From Octopus sinensis (Eukaryota), in assembly GCF_006345805.1 (NCBI RefSeq), contig NC_043001.1, positions 26,846,001 through 26,910,000 on the forward strand: a DNA stretch of 64,000 nt. The letters are read 5' to 3'. How positions within the stretch are numbered: position 1 is the first letter of the stretch; each line of letters starts with the position of its first letter. The position numbers and the translations under genes are program-made. Shown in pieces: positions 51,401 to 61,588 of this stretch. The notes beneath the pieces were generated by a model. That model was not told the origin of the DNA. It ran no database searches and worked only from the letters and a program-made list of their open reading frames with translations.

Positions 51401-52998
51401 AAAAAGAGTAGGAAAAAAAAAAATCATTTAATGTCCATTTGCCATGCTGGTATGCAGACAGAAACCTCTCTCCAAGATCACTGCAGGGGTTATCAAACCA
51501 ACAAGGGAGTTCTCAACTTGTTGGACATAGCAGCTAAATTCCCTCAAATCTAAGAAAAGAAGTACACACCATTATCTAGATCAGTGGTTTTCAACCAGGG
51601 TTCCGCAAGAAGTTACAAAACTGCTAAAATCGGCAGTAATTTTTAATTCTCCTGTGCAGATATGTGTGCATAAAACTATTAAATTATTGCACAGGGGTTC
51701 CTCGAGCCAGTGGAATGTTTCCTTGGGGTTCCGCTCCAGCAAAAAGTTTGAAAAGCACTGATCTAGATGTATAAAAAGGCAAGACGACTAGAATGACCTG
51801 GAGCTAAACTATAGATCATTTTTATTTGGCCAATAAAAAACTAGATCCTATAAATGTTAATAAGGGGAACTTACATTATAACTGGAGAAGATTCTGGGTT
51901 ATCTCGAGCCAAGTCAATGGGTTGTAATGCCTTGGTAAGTTCTTCAATTTGCGGTTCTTCTTGCTTTGGGTTGCATTTTGGCTTCAAAACGATTGTAGAT
52001 TTTGTTATTTTAGTTACACCTTGTTTTTTAACTGGCAATTTGCTTCCCTTTTCTATTATTTTCGTACTTTTCTTTTTCTGCAGGGGGTAGAAAAAGTGAA
52101 AATGTAATTGTCCATTATAACAATTCATGTGTATTCATTATTAATTATGAAATAAATTGTCGGTGCATTTTCTCTTACATTGGTAATATCGCCAAATACA
52201 GCTCTTCGTTTCTGGTCTGGTCCTTGGGTGACTTCAGTCTTTGAACGGGTGCGTTTTAGGGGACCTAAATTATCAGCAGCACAATGAATCTAAAAATAAA
52301 ATAAAGAAAACTTAGAAAATTTTTTAATGTAGACGAACAAAGTTTTAACTACGTGCATAAAAATATTCGAAAGTCAATCCTTTGGTATTTGTAGACGACG
52401 TCTTTCACCCAAACGTTACCTCATGACAATAAAGAGGCTAGGCTTAAAAAGACGGATTTCAAAGTCGAATGATTTGATTCGGGGCCAAATATTAAAATTT
52501 ACATTTAGCTACAGGAATACATTCGCGAGATGATATTTAAAACATCAGAATTTCAACTGAGACAAAAAATAAAAATAAAATGTATAAGCTATTGAATAAA
52601 CAGGAAATTATACAACCAATGAGAGACCAACTTAGCAATTCATAAAGGAATATTTTTTAAAAACGGTTTCATTCAAAGGAAGATAATGAACTTGCAACGG
52701 TCAAGTAAAAAAGAAAAAAAGGAAAACAAAAAACTATATTTGTAATATCGGCTTGAAATTAAATATTAACCAATGAATATTAACATCATTTAAACCAAAA
52801 ATAATTTCAACTGAAATGAATAAAAAGAAAATATAATAAAGCTTTTAAGCAGTTGCAAATTTATTTCGACACTGAGTATATGTGAATGCTTTCGGGTATA
52901 TAAATAATATTTACCTTTACAGGAGCTTCGTTTTTAGATCGAAGAGAAGGCCTTTTGGTTTGAGGAACTATATCTCTTTTGAATTTGCGAGTGGCCAT
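36350..52998 (-). CDS. CCNB3: G2/mitotic-specific cyclin B3, 10 coding exons, 420 aa (span of spliced CDS)
   Basis: Exon lengths 84+111+203+46+96+234+156+147+131+55 = 1263 nt, open frame, all GT-AG. B3-type destruction box RAVFGDITN, cyclin box MRSILMDWLVEVQ, GIPLSYRFLRRY, C-terminal KYSNQVFMEVAEIP. Confidence 0.95.
37707..37837 (-). CDS. CCNB3: Cyclin B3 exon 9
   Basis: tgcag|NAMLTHHSGYSEEEAKKMAKKLNYMLLHPSFNAVNEVYNKYSN+CA|gtaagt. Confidence 0.9.
37928..38074 (-). CDS. CCNB3: Cyclin B3 exon 8
   Basis: ttgtag|VANFETKTLTLARYILELSLLDYNFACDKESLKAAGCLWLALKMEALEW|gtaagt. Confidence 0.93.
38334..38489 (-). CDS. CCNB3: Cyclin B3 exon 7
   Basis: caaaag|ERILPQCDDFLYMCDNAYSMEKLFDMEKKIFVAVDFRLGIPLSYRFLRRYCK|gtaagt. 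Confidence 0.93.
38687..39268 (+). mobile_element. 5'-truncated RTE LINE (ORF end, 3' UTR and (GAT)n tail)
   Basis: EVVKHDLRTLGLTEEMTRDRDLWKYAVREKTRQDK* followed by gtgccggtggcac modules and gatgatgat. Confidence 0.8.
39490..39701. mobile_element. piggyBac-type MITE (second family)
   Basis: TTAA|CCCTTTCGTTACC...GGTATCAAAAGGG|TTAA. Confidence 0.75.
40009..40242 (-). CDS. CCNB3: Cyclin B3 exon 6 (cyclin box)
   Basis: tttatag|CNYAVPDYMSSKQNDITSEMRSILMDWLVEVQTSFELHHETLYLAVKLVDMYL...ACKYD|gtaagt. Confidence 0.95.
40530..40907 (-). mobile_element. SINE family B
   Basis: Same head and tail as 4433-4919. Confidence 0.75.
41270..41880 (+). mobile_element. Decayed mariner transposase fragment
   Basis: KVMLCTRWNYEG, GQTIDTNLYSKQL, LLQQNNATPH, PHAIYSPD*TPLDYYLFQSMAHFL (YSPDLAPSDYHLF motif). 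Confidence 0.8.
41935..42235. repeat. Higher-order minisatellite, 126-bp period (36+45+45)
   Basis: tggcaagcagaaccatccaggtaaagaatgac recurs at 41935, 42061 and 42187, with two 45-bp variants between copies. Confidence 0.9.
42627..42982 (+). mobile_element. SINE family B
   Basis: ggagtggctgtgtggtaagtagcttgc...acagtcaaatgacggaaacaagtaaaagagt. Confidence 0.8.
43135..43512 (-). mobile_element. Non-autonomous Helitron
   Basis: Minus strand A|TC-TTTATATATAAAAG ... CCCG-AGCAACGC-CGGG-CGATACTG-CTAG|T: 5' TC, subterminal hairpin, 3' CTAG, AT target with no TSD. Confidence 0.8.
43700..43795 (-). CDS. CCNB3: Cyclin B3 exon 5
   Basis: ttaatag|VDYDAFDKEHMKDPFWEAIYAKDIFDYYQEQE|gtaaga; conserved DP....YA.DIF.Y helix. 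Confidence 0.92.
45131..45500 (-). mobile_element. tRNA-derived SINE, family D, with 14-bp TSD
   Basis: Minus head gtggaggcgcaatggcccagtggttagggc...ggtttcgattccc; direct repeat aaacaagtcccata at 45117-45130 and 45501-45514. Confidence 0.85.
46830..46875 (-). CDS. CCNB3: Cyclin B3 exon 4 (46 nt)
   Basis: ttattctag|A GTT GAT...; (I)VDLEPPKVEEPEVPK|gtaaac; bridges the phase-2 end of exon 3 to the phase-0 start of exon 5. Confidence 0.8.
47280..48110. mobile_element. Two RTE LINE 3' fragments in opposite orientation
   Basis: Minus: GRLYEACIQTAILHDSETW... to a tail near 47280; plus: 3' UTR about 47880-48110 with a gatgatg tail. Confidence 0.7.
50468..50848 (+). mobile_element. SINE family B, full length
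   Basis: ggcgcaggagtgggtgtgtggtaag...gaaacaagtaaaagagtaaagagaga. Confidence 0.8.
51582..51760. mobile_element. hAT (Charlie-type) MITE
   Basis: TIRs CAGTGGTTTTCAAC / TTTGAAAAGCACTG; perfect 8-bp TSD atctagat (NTCTAGAN). Confidence 0.88.
51875..52077 (-). CDS. CCNB3: Cyclin B3 exon 3
   Basis: ctgcag|KKKSTKIIEKG...DNPESSPVI+AT|gtaagt; Lys-rich N-terminal region. Confidence 0.88.
52179..52289 (-). CDS. CCNB3: Cyclin B3 exon 2 (destruction box)
   Basis: tttttag|IHCAADNLGPLKRTRSKTEVTQGPDQKRRAVFGDITN|gtaaga. Confidence 0.92.
52915..52998 (-). CDS. CCNB3: Cyclin B3 exon 1 (start codon)
   Basis: gacATGG context; MATRKFKRDIVPQTKRPSLRSKNEAPVK|gtaaat; phase 0. Confidence 0.85.
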
Positions 52999-53089
52999 GT
53001 CTCAGATTTGAAGGAAATAAAATATATCAAATGTAAATACAACAATACACACGAACAGCAAGTAAACTGTTTATATACTGAGGAGACTG

Positions 53090-53135
53090 GACCGTTTGAA
53101 TTTCGTACGTTTATTTCCTGCTTGCTGATTGGTCC
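53090..53135 (-). promoter_or_regulatory. Cyclin B3 proximal promoter: NF-Y CCAAT box plus CHR/Myb-like element
   Basis: On minus: GACCAATCAG (CCAAT at 53132-53128) and TTCAAACGG (53099-53092 region; TTTGAA on plus at 53095-53100), about 100-130 bp upstream of the ATG. Confidence 0.6.
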
Positions 53136-53589
53136 AGTTCCCCCCACCATCACTTAAATACGTTAAGGGACATAACTCAGGCTTCCTATTCCTAACGTAA
53201 TTTTGATTCTTTAAAGTTTTATGTCATTTCTTTTTTTTTTAAAAATGCACGGACGTTACGCACTTTTTTATTTTCAATCCTATTTTTTTTTTTAAATCAT
53301 GCTAATTTTCGCAGGTTTCTTAAATCACTCACAGACTCACTCTTGCCTCTGGCCCACAATCGTGCTTGTCCCTTCTCTTTTCCCCTCTGATTAGTATTAA
53401 ATCACTCGCAGACATATCCCTGCCTTGGCCTACCAATATTCTCTCCTCCTCCTCCTCTCTCCCTCTTTGTCACTCCCAGCTAACTACCTCCGCTTATCAT
53501 CCTTATTCTGTTCAATCCCATAGGCACCGCACTTCCCAGAACGACGAGCCACTGGAATCTTTCTTATAGAAGTCTTCCATCTTATACAT

Positions 53590-54278
53590 GTTTCAGTCAT
53601 TTGACTACGGCCATGCTGGGGCACCGCTTCGAAGGGTTTAGTCGCACAAATCGACAATAGTACTATTTTTTTAGTGTAGTACTTGTATCGGTGTCTTTTG
53701 CTAAACCGCTAAGTCACGGGGATGTAAACAAACCAACACCAGTTGTCAAGCGGTGGTGGGGACGACCAAACACAAGGATACTCGCATGCGCACACACACA
53801 CACATATATCGGAGGCGCAATAGTCCAGTGGTTAGGGCAGCGGACTCGCGGTCGTAGGATCGCGGTTTCGATTCCCAGACCGGGCGCTGTGAGTGTTTAT
53901 TGAGCGAAAACACCTAAAGCTCCACGAGGCTCCGACAGGGGATGGTGGCGATCCCTGCTGTACTCTTTCGCCACAACTTTCTCTCACTCTTTCTTCTGTT
54001 GACCTGCTCGCTTAGCCAGCGGGTTGGCGTCATTTAAAGGCTAAAACAATGCGAAGCGCATTGTGACCGGCGATGTGTAACAACATCTGATAGCCTGGTC
54101 GGTCACGGTGATATATATATATACAGATATACAACAGGCTTCCACACATTTTCCGTCTACCAAATTCACTCACAAGGCATTGGTTGGCTCGGGGCTATAG
54201 CAGGATACATTTGCCAAAGATGCCGCGCGGTAGAACTGATCCGAAGCTACGTGGTTGCGCACAGCCACACTTGCGTCT
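53590..54278. mobile_element. Nested SINEs: a family D-head SINE (+, about 53811-54110) inside the microsatellite of a family B SINE (-)
   Basis: Family B tail 53590-53800 and head 54130-54278 are split by ggaggcgcaatagtccagtggttagggcagcggactcgcg...gtttcgattccc. Confidence 0.75.
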
Positions 54279-57200
54279 AAAACTAATGATTTCAATCACT
54301 ATATCTGGTTTATGAAACCGAAAAGATCCGTTGTTCACAGGTTAAACGGAAGATTAACAGCATCGTACTCGCCGGCTTCGGACAGCCTGGAAAAGTCATG
54401 GATAGCGCCCCTTCCTCCAGACTGAGCAATTGAAAATAAAACGTCAAAAATAAAAGCCTATTTCACATTGCTGCTAATGATCTTAGGAAACATAGGTAGC
54501 AAAGGCGGCGAGCTGGCAGCTACGTTCTGAGTTCGAATTCCGCCGAGGTCGACTTTGCCTTTCATCCTTTCGGGGTCGATTAAATAAGTACCAGTTACGC
54601 ACTGGGGTCGATATAATCGACTTAATCCGTTTGTCTGTCCTTGTTTGTCCCCTTGTGGGTAGTAAAGAAATAGGAAACACACGTAGCAGAACATTAAATT
54701 TCTCTTACGACATTCTAATGCATAAGACAACTAAAGGATTTTGGGGAGGGGCACGAACCAACTAAGGAGTCTGCTAAAGATAGTAGCCAAATCTCCTTCA
54801 TATCACAACCAACAGTCTTAAAAAGGAAGGACACTGGATAAGTTGGTTAGATTGTCTTTGATCGTAAGTCTGTCCAACATTCCCTTAAATCACACCTTAT
54901 TGAACTGAGAGAAAAAAGAAAGATGAGTGCATTGGATTATGTACTTTTTGTTAAGCTAGGCTTGCAAAGAAAAAAAAAGGTGGGGCGGTCGCAATCAGAT
55001 TGCTTTTAATCATATATACGCTTAATCAGGGCTGACATAAAGTTAATGTAATTATCTCCGAAAACCTGCTAATTACTAACGTATTACATGCACCACCAGG
55101 TTTCTCTGACTATTGTAAATATATTGTTTACTGCGAGAAACAAATTCAGATTCATTTGAAACTTAATAGTGTATTTAACAAAAGAATAGCCTATTACTCG
55201 GCAACGTTTATCAGTTACTTTCCTGGGTGTTCGATGTTCACATCCGATTTCAATGACGATAAGTACGTAAGCATCCCATAGATCGGTGGTCAGAGCGTTG
55301 GGCTTACAATCATAAGATTGTGAGTTCGATTCCCAGCCGAGCTGTTTGTTGTGTTCTTGAGCAAGACATTTTGTTTCGCGTTGCTCTGGTTCACTCGGTT
55401 ACAGAAATGAGTTGCGACTTTACTGGTGCCTTTGCCTTGTATGCATGGGCAACTTTCACAGACAACCTTGCCTGGACTTGTGCCTCAGATGGGAACTTTC
55501 TAGTTGCGATCTCATTGTCATTTGTGACCGAAAGGGGTATTTAAGTACACGAAGTTCCTCGTCCTGTAATGAATTCAGTAATATAAATTCAAATTCTGCC
55601 GAGGTCAACTTAACCTTTTATTCTTTCGGGATCGGTAAAAAAGAAACAAAAACCACCAATCTAGGGCGGTGATTTTGTGAAAATGTAAGAACGGTTAAGC
55701 AGATGCCTTGCGGTATTTGTTCTGACCTTTTGCATTCCGAGTTCAAATCCTGCCATAGCATACCTGGTCGTTCGGTTTATCACTACCATTTGGCACTCTA
55801 AGGGCATTTAGCGGAGTCTACTACGTTGAAAGCATTCAAGCAAGGCCTCTGGTTTCATTATATCTTCCTCATTCCCTTCCTTCAGTTATGGAGGCCCTGT
55901 AACAGGGTAATGGGTACTAACCTTTCCGTTTCAAATTAAATATATATATGAAGCTAACATAGTACTCGTCAATTTTACTATGCTGATGCCGTTTCAACTT
56001 TGTAGCGGTGAGTGGCGTAGTGGTTAAGGTGTTTAGTTTATGACGATAATGTCATGGATTCAATCGCTGGACCGGATGACAGGTTGTGTCTTTGAGAAAG
56101 GTACTTCATTTCAAGTTGCCCCACCCTGCTCAGCCGTAAGTACTATCCGAGTATCGATGCACCATTCTCCTTCCAGTTGTCATATCTGGGTGCGCCTTTG
56201 GGTCAAGGGTGAAGAAGCTGAGAGGATGTCGATGTCTGCTCGGGACGACCTAGGTACTTAAAACAAATACCGAAAGCATGGTACATGCTTGAGAGAGGAG
56301 GATGGTCGTACATTATACAACTTTATGGTACCGGTGAACTGAGTCGTTTAGCTCTTAATGAACAAACACTATTGCAAGAATTCGAATTGACCACTACCTA
56401 GATGGTTCACGACACCCATCAACTTGAATGTTCACATGCTCGGAGAAGTTTGATGGAAACAACTTTTATTTTAAGCATCATCAATGCTTGTCAGTCGTGT
56501 ATAGCATGAATAGTTTCGAATTAAAAGTGCTCCCTTACAAGCTTTTACTGGAACGTATTCCTACAAATCAGTCTATTTTAAGGAACAGTGACATTATTAA
56601 GTCAGCTTTCATTCTGTTTTACATTTACTAGTCTATTTTTGCTACCTCCTTAAACTGTTTTATGTCGAACTAGCAAGGTAATTAGTCATTGCATGAACCT
56701 AGAAATAGCAGCAAATTTCTCTATCTTAAAAGACTGCGTTGGGTAATGTGGTATTAGTTAAATAACGTTTGAATAAAAGGCAAGTGGTCGTAGGTTTAAC
56801 ACTTTTGGCCATAGGTCTACCAAGGGTAATCTTAACAACTCTATGGGTCTCTGAGCAAAGCAATACACTGTGGACTCTACATTTATTTATAAGCAGCAAA
56901 CTACAGACCACGGCATACATAAAGCATTGAGTTCCTAAACCTGTAGGGCCCCTGAGTAACTGCCTAGTGTACCCATGCCTGAAGACACTATTGGTCAGGT
57001 TAAATCTGAGGCTTAACAGCATCACTTTGGAAGGCTTTACTCATTTTCATTGACTAGGATATCATTAAAACATTTTGCAATACTGATTTCGAAGACTTAA
57101 TCTCTTTCAACAACGCTAAAAGATATTCATAATACATATCGAGGATACAAAACTATCATTAAACTACAATATAAAGGCCGCGAGCTGGCAGAATCGTTAG

Positions 57201-58368
57201 CACGCAGGACAAAATGTTTCTAAGTATTTTGTCTGTCGTTACGTTCTGAGTTCAAATTCAACCGTGGTTGACTTTGCCTTTCATTCTTTCGGAGTCAATG
57301 AAATAAATACCAGTTGAGTACTGGAGTCGATGTAATCGAGTAGCCTCCTAACACCAAATCTTAATGAAAATAGGTAACGTAGTTTTAAAGGCAGTGTATC
57401 TGAGTACAATAAGATGACCACGGTTAGAATGTCTTTGATCATAGTTTTGCTGGATTAGGACTAACCTTGAACTAAACAATGACAATGGTAACTTATGAAA
57501 CAATTTCCGACAATCTCTCGCAGAAAAATTCATCTGAAAGATTGAGTTTCATTAGCAATCTCGAACAGTTGTTATTCCGTTGCAAAACATAAACTGTATT
57601 TAGCTTAATAATTATAATTCTTGTTAAAATAATCAAAACAATAAAAGGAATGATCAAAGCTTGGCGAAAGATAAATAATAAAATTGTAAAACTCGTTTAA
57701 ATTGTATACTTTATTTAATCATATTGGTAATTGCCGACAATATTTCAGATACTTTGTTGTGCATGTGTATAACTACAGATCAGTGCTCCGTTTTGTTTCC
57801 TCATAACCTTCTTAGAAATGCATACATTTTTATGAAGTATTGCAGATACATTGCGGAGAGGATAAATTACCATTATATGTATAAAAATATCTCTCTTTGA
57901 TATTTTGTAGCAAAAAACGTTTTGGAGAGAACGCAGATTACGTAGCATTGATGTTTCAAACACCACATGATTTCGAGTTCAGGCAGTCCCACTGCATGGC
58001 ACCTTCAGCAATCCCGATCTGACCAATGTCTTGTGAGTGAATTTAGATGGAATCTGCGCGGAAGTACGCCGCGCGCGTGTGTATACCGGGAAAGGAGCGC
58101 ATGGCTTAGTGGTTAGAGTATTGCGCTCAGGATCGCTAGATCGTGATTTCAATTTCTAAACCGGGTGGTGCTTTGTGTTCTTGAGCAAAACACTTTATCT
58201 CACGTTGCTCTGCGATCACTTCGACACCTGACGCGAGGCACACCTGTGTGCACCTGTTCAGACAACGCCGATTTGATGGAAAGATTGAGCTTATGTGCGG
58301 CACGAACATTTGATCATTATAAACAGATCATTGTGCATGGACACACGCATATATATATATATATATGG

Positions 58369-58564
58369 TACTATTTAAGAAGAGTGGTCCCGGTGCGCGC
58401 ACTCGCTAGCTAGTCGTGACTAGTCGATCCTTACTTTGTGTTTTTCTTTTTACTTTGTTTAAAAATTGTGTTTTATTTACTTTGCTAGGTAGTCGTTGTA
58501 GAATCGACTAGTCACGACTAGCTAGTGCGAGTGCGCGCACCGGGACCACTCTTTTTAAATAGTA
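58369..58564. mobile_element. MITE with long TIRs (about 58 bp) in a TA run
   Basis: tactatttaagaagagtggtcccggtgcgcgcactcgc...tagtcgat / atcgacta...gcgagtgcgcgcaccgggaccactctttttaaatagta. Confidence 0.75.
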
Positions 58565-58574
58565 TATATATATA

Positions 58575-58647
58575 TCCATACGGGATCTTTTCGGTTTGAA
58601 CGGCAGTTTGTAACATAATTTCTAGGTCCGAAAAGATCCCGTATGGA
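58575..58647. repeat. Small fold-back element with 20-bp perfect inverted ends
   Basis: tccatacgggatcttttcgg ... ccgaaaagatcccgtatgga. Confidence 0.75.
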
Positions 58648-59705
58648 TATGGATATATATATATATATATATCCAATCACGATTTCAGTGGCGTACTCCG
58701 GAAGGATGGTAACAGTAATCCGTAGGTGTAAAAATCCAGGAATTGGTATCCAAGGCGCAATAATTTTTTAAACAAAGTAAAAACAAAAACACAAAGTAAG
58801 GAGCGACTAGTCACGACTAGCTAGCGAGGAAGCGCGAGTGTGCGCACCGGGACCACTCTTCTTAAATAGTACCATATATATATATATATATATATGCGTG
58901 TGTCCAGCAGCGCTTGATACCACATTCCAATGACAGAAACAAGACAAAAGATATAACGGAAATAAATAAATAAACAAAACACGAGTGAACAATGCACAAG
59001 TTACGGGAATTAGTGATATCAAAATCAAGGTGGGAGGAGGAAGAACGATTCGAAATTCACTAAAAAAATTATCGGCAAAATATTTTAAAATATGCATTTT
59101 AAAGAGAGTTATGAGGAAACAGAATCGAGAGTGGGTGGAAAATTATTTGAAATAATCATTTTTTTTTTTAATGTTACTAACACAGTCGTAATCGACATCT
59201 TCGAAATGTTTCTCTGCAAAATTAAATGGAAAATTTAAAATTTTCATGAAGTTATGCTGAAAGAATTTCGGGTATGGAAGAGAGACACCGATAGATTGCC
59301 CCGATCTGTTTTGCCTAGTTTGGTTTGAGTGAAAATAAGTAAATTATTACGGAGATGTACTTGCATAGCAAGTGATTTGATCTGAGATCGTGTGCTGAAA
59401 CGAAAACAATTGCAGTGTGGAAGGTGTTTGTAAGCCATTTAAGAAACACACAAAAGCCGTTCGATTCTCTTCAACATTTAAGTTTAATTAAACTTAAAAG
59501 TAAATTATTGCTTATTTTTAAAGTAAAATCATCGCCTAGTTTGATCAGCGTGACGAGTACATAATTCCAGCCTTCACCCATTGTTGATATGACAAAAAGT
59601 AAATGAGATAAAACGTTAAAAGATTAATTAAGTTTGAAACCTAATTATAGTGACAAGCACCGAGCATACACCGTACATTCTAATGAGCCACCAAACCATA
59701 TTTTC

Positions 59706-59716
59706 ACGCATGCGCA
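59706..59716. promoter_or_regulatory. NRF1-like site upstream of the AKAP7-like gene
   Basis: ACGCATGCGCA, near match to the GCGCATGCGC consensus, 15 bp before the first ATG. Confidence 0.45.
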
Positions 59717-59731
59717 CTTGTCTGATTTCGA

Positions 59732-61588
59732 ATGTCTCGCTCTGTGTCGAAGTTGTTTATTAACTTTCATGGTGTCATAGGCGCTCTGCAGCCACCGTTG
59801 AAGTTGTCGCAGCTTACACTAAACATGGACTGGGGTTATAGCGATACAGATACTTCTTCAACGAACAATCCTTCTTCCCGTGATGAATGCCTTACTATGT
59901 CTCCGTCACTGTCTTCAGAAATGTCAGCAAGTGATTCTGACCCTCCTCCGAAAGCTGATATTTCTCCTCCCGAATCAATACAAGACACAAAGTCAAAACT
60001 TAAGTCGCGCATTCTTCCTAAATCTTTATTAGACTCAGTGACAGAAAAAATTCGTGGTGGAATAGTCCCTCAGGCTGACATTGTAAAGAGTCCTTGTAAT
60101 TTCAACGATAACTCTTATACTGAAGAGGAAAATCAATTAACTAATACAACTTTTCTCGTAGACGAAACTGTTTCTCCAACTTTTAGCCCTAAAACTTTTA
60201 TTGATAAACAAGAGGCAGAAAACATAACGGTTGTTCCTGAGGGTGAAGTCTTGACATCTTCGGAGTGCAATGACAGTGTTACGAAACAGACAGTTATCGA
60301 TGAAGAAAGTGCAACAGTAACTTTTAATGATTTAAGTGATGATAATTCGATTTTAACCGTGTTTAGTGACGAAGAAACACGAACGAAAAAGCAAAATAAA
60401 AAGTCGTCCAAACCAATTCCAAATTATTTTATTTCAATCCAGTTTTCTGATACAGAAATTAATACAAATTTAAAAGATGTACAGAAATCTGTTATGAAAA
60501 AAAATGGAAATTATTCCTTGGCAGTTGTACCGCTTCATAGTCTTCACATGACGCTTGCAGTGATGCATTTAGGGGGAGACGACGATATAGACCGGGCTAG
60601 AGCAGCATTAGATCGGTCTGGAGTTAAACTGACACCAAAATATGAAAAGGAGTTGTTAAAGCTTCCTTTACAAGGTCTAGGAAACTTTAGAAATTCAGTA
60701 GTTTTTGCTAAAGTCCAGCCAGGAGACCATGTTGCAAAGTTGGAAGAAATTGCTGAAGAAATTCAAGCGCAGTTCTTTGCAGAAGGGTTAGTTGGAAAAC
60801 AATCAGATTTCAAGCCTCATGTTACTGTGATGAAGTTATCGAGGGTTGGTAAAAAATTAACTAAAAAGACAGGATTGAAAAAGATTTATCCTGACGTTTA
60901 TGAGGAATTTATCGACAGCTATTTTGGCTGCCAGCCTGTAGGTAGTATACAACTCTGCTCAATGTTAAAACGAAAAGGCATCTCTGGTTATTACCACATA
61001 GAGCATGAAATAAATTTTGGTACTAGTTCTAAAAATGGAACTAAAAATAGCAACGCTGCTCCAGAATCGGTTAGTGAAAATCAAATGGAGTTGGGTTCAA
61101 CCTCAAAACCTTCACCTGACAATGAATTTGAAAAAGCCACTGATATATCAGAGAAAATTAATTCAACTTCCGATGAGGCAGTAAACTATGCGGATGAAAT
61201 GAACATGTCATCATCTTCAACTCTGAGGCCCGATTCGTCCCATTCTGTTATAGGATCTCAGTCACAATTAGATACCGAATCAACTTGTCCTGCAGAAATA
61301 GTAACTGTTATAGAACCACTGGTTGTTGCAGAAATGAGTCCTATCTCTGTGGTTGAACCTAGCAGTCCTTGTAAAAGTTTCGTTGATGTTATTGAAGAAG
61401 GTTTGGAACTAGCCGAAGAGGCAATAGAATATGTTAATAAGGGTTCATCTTTACCTCGTGCCTCTTCACATAGTGAATCACTTCCAAATTCAGATCCACA
61501 TGAAACAAATATTCAAATTTCAGGTAATGAAGAAAGTTCTCCTCTTACTAAAAAATTAAAAAAGACACCGAGTTGCTGCATTATGTAA
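59732..61588 (+). CDS. Intronless AKAP7-like 2H-phosphoesterase (AKAP7_NLS/LigT-like domain) protein with C-terminal CaaX; the real start may be ATG 59825 (587 aa)
   Basis: 618-aa uninterrupted ORF. PNYFISI domain start, two HxT motifs (LHMTL at 60545, PHVTV at 60818), FG.Q.V.SIQLCSM and GYYH as in AKAP7 gamma/delta. Acidic, Ser-rich disordered flanks; ends KKLKKTPSCCIM. AATAAA at 61808 and 61902. Confidence 0.88.
   Translation: MSRSVSKLFINFHGVIGALQPPLKLSQLTLNMDWGYSDTDTSSTNNPSSRDECLTMSPSLSSEMSASDSDPPPKADISPPESIQDTKSKLKSRILPKSLLDSVTEKIRGGIVPQADIVKSPCNFNDNSYTEEENQLTNTTFLVDETVSPTFSPKTFIDKQEAENITVVPEGEVLTSSECNDSVTKQTVIDEESATVTFNDLSDDNSILTVFSDEETRTKKQNKKSSKPIPNYFISIQFSDTEINTNLKDVQKSVMKKNGNYSLAVVPLHSLHMTLAVMHLGGDDDIDRARAALDRSGVKLTPKYEKELLKLPLQGLGNFRNSVVFAKVQPGDHVAKLEEIAEEIQAQFFAEGLVGKQSDFKPHVTVMKLSRVGKKLTKKTGLKKIYPDVYEEFIDSYFGCQPVGSIQLCSMLKRKGISGYYHIEHEINFGTSSKNGTKNSNAAPESVSENQMELGSTSKPSPDNEFEKATDISEKINSTSDEAVNYADEMNMSSSSTLRPDSSHSVIGSQSQLDTESTCPAEIVTVIEPLVVAEMSPISVVEPSSPCKSFVDVIEEGLELAEEAIEYVNKGSSLPRASSHSESLPNSDPHETNIQISGNEESSPLTKKLKKTPSCCIM

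Noticed and set aside
53811-53885. tRNA gene (similar heads at about 45430-45500, 56005 and 58092)
   Set aside because: The tRNA-like A/B boxes continue into SINE bodies and no proper cloverleaf acceptor stem is evident; these are SINE heads.
60133-60411. Antisense 92-aa ORF inside the AKAP7-like CDS
   Set aside because: Shadow ORF with no recognisable motif.
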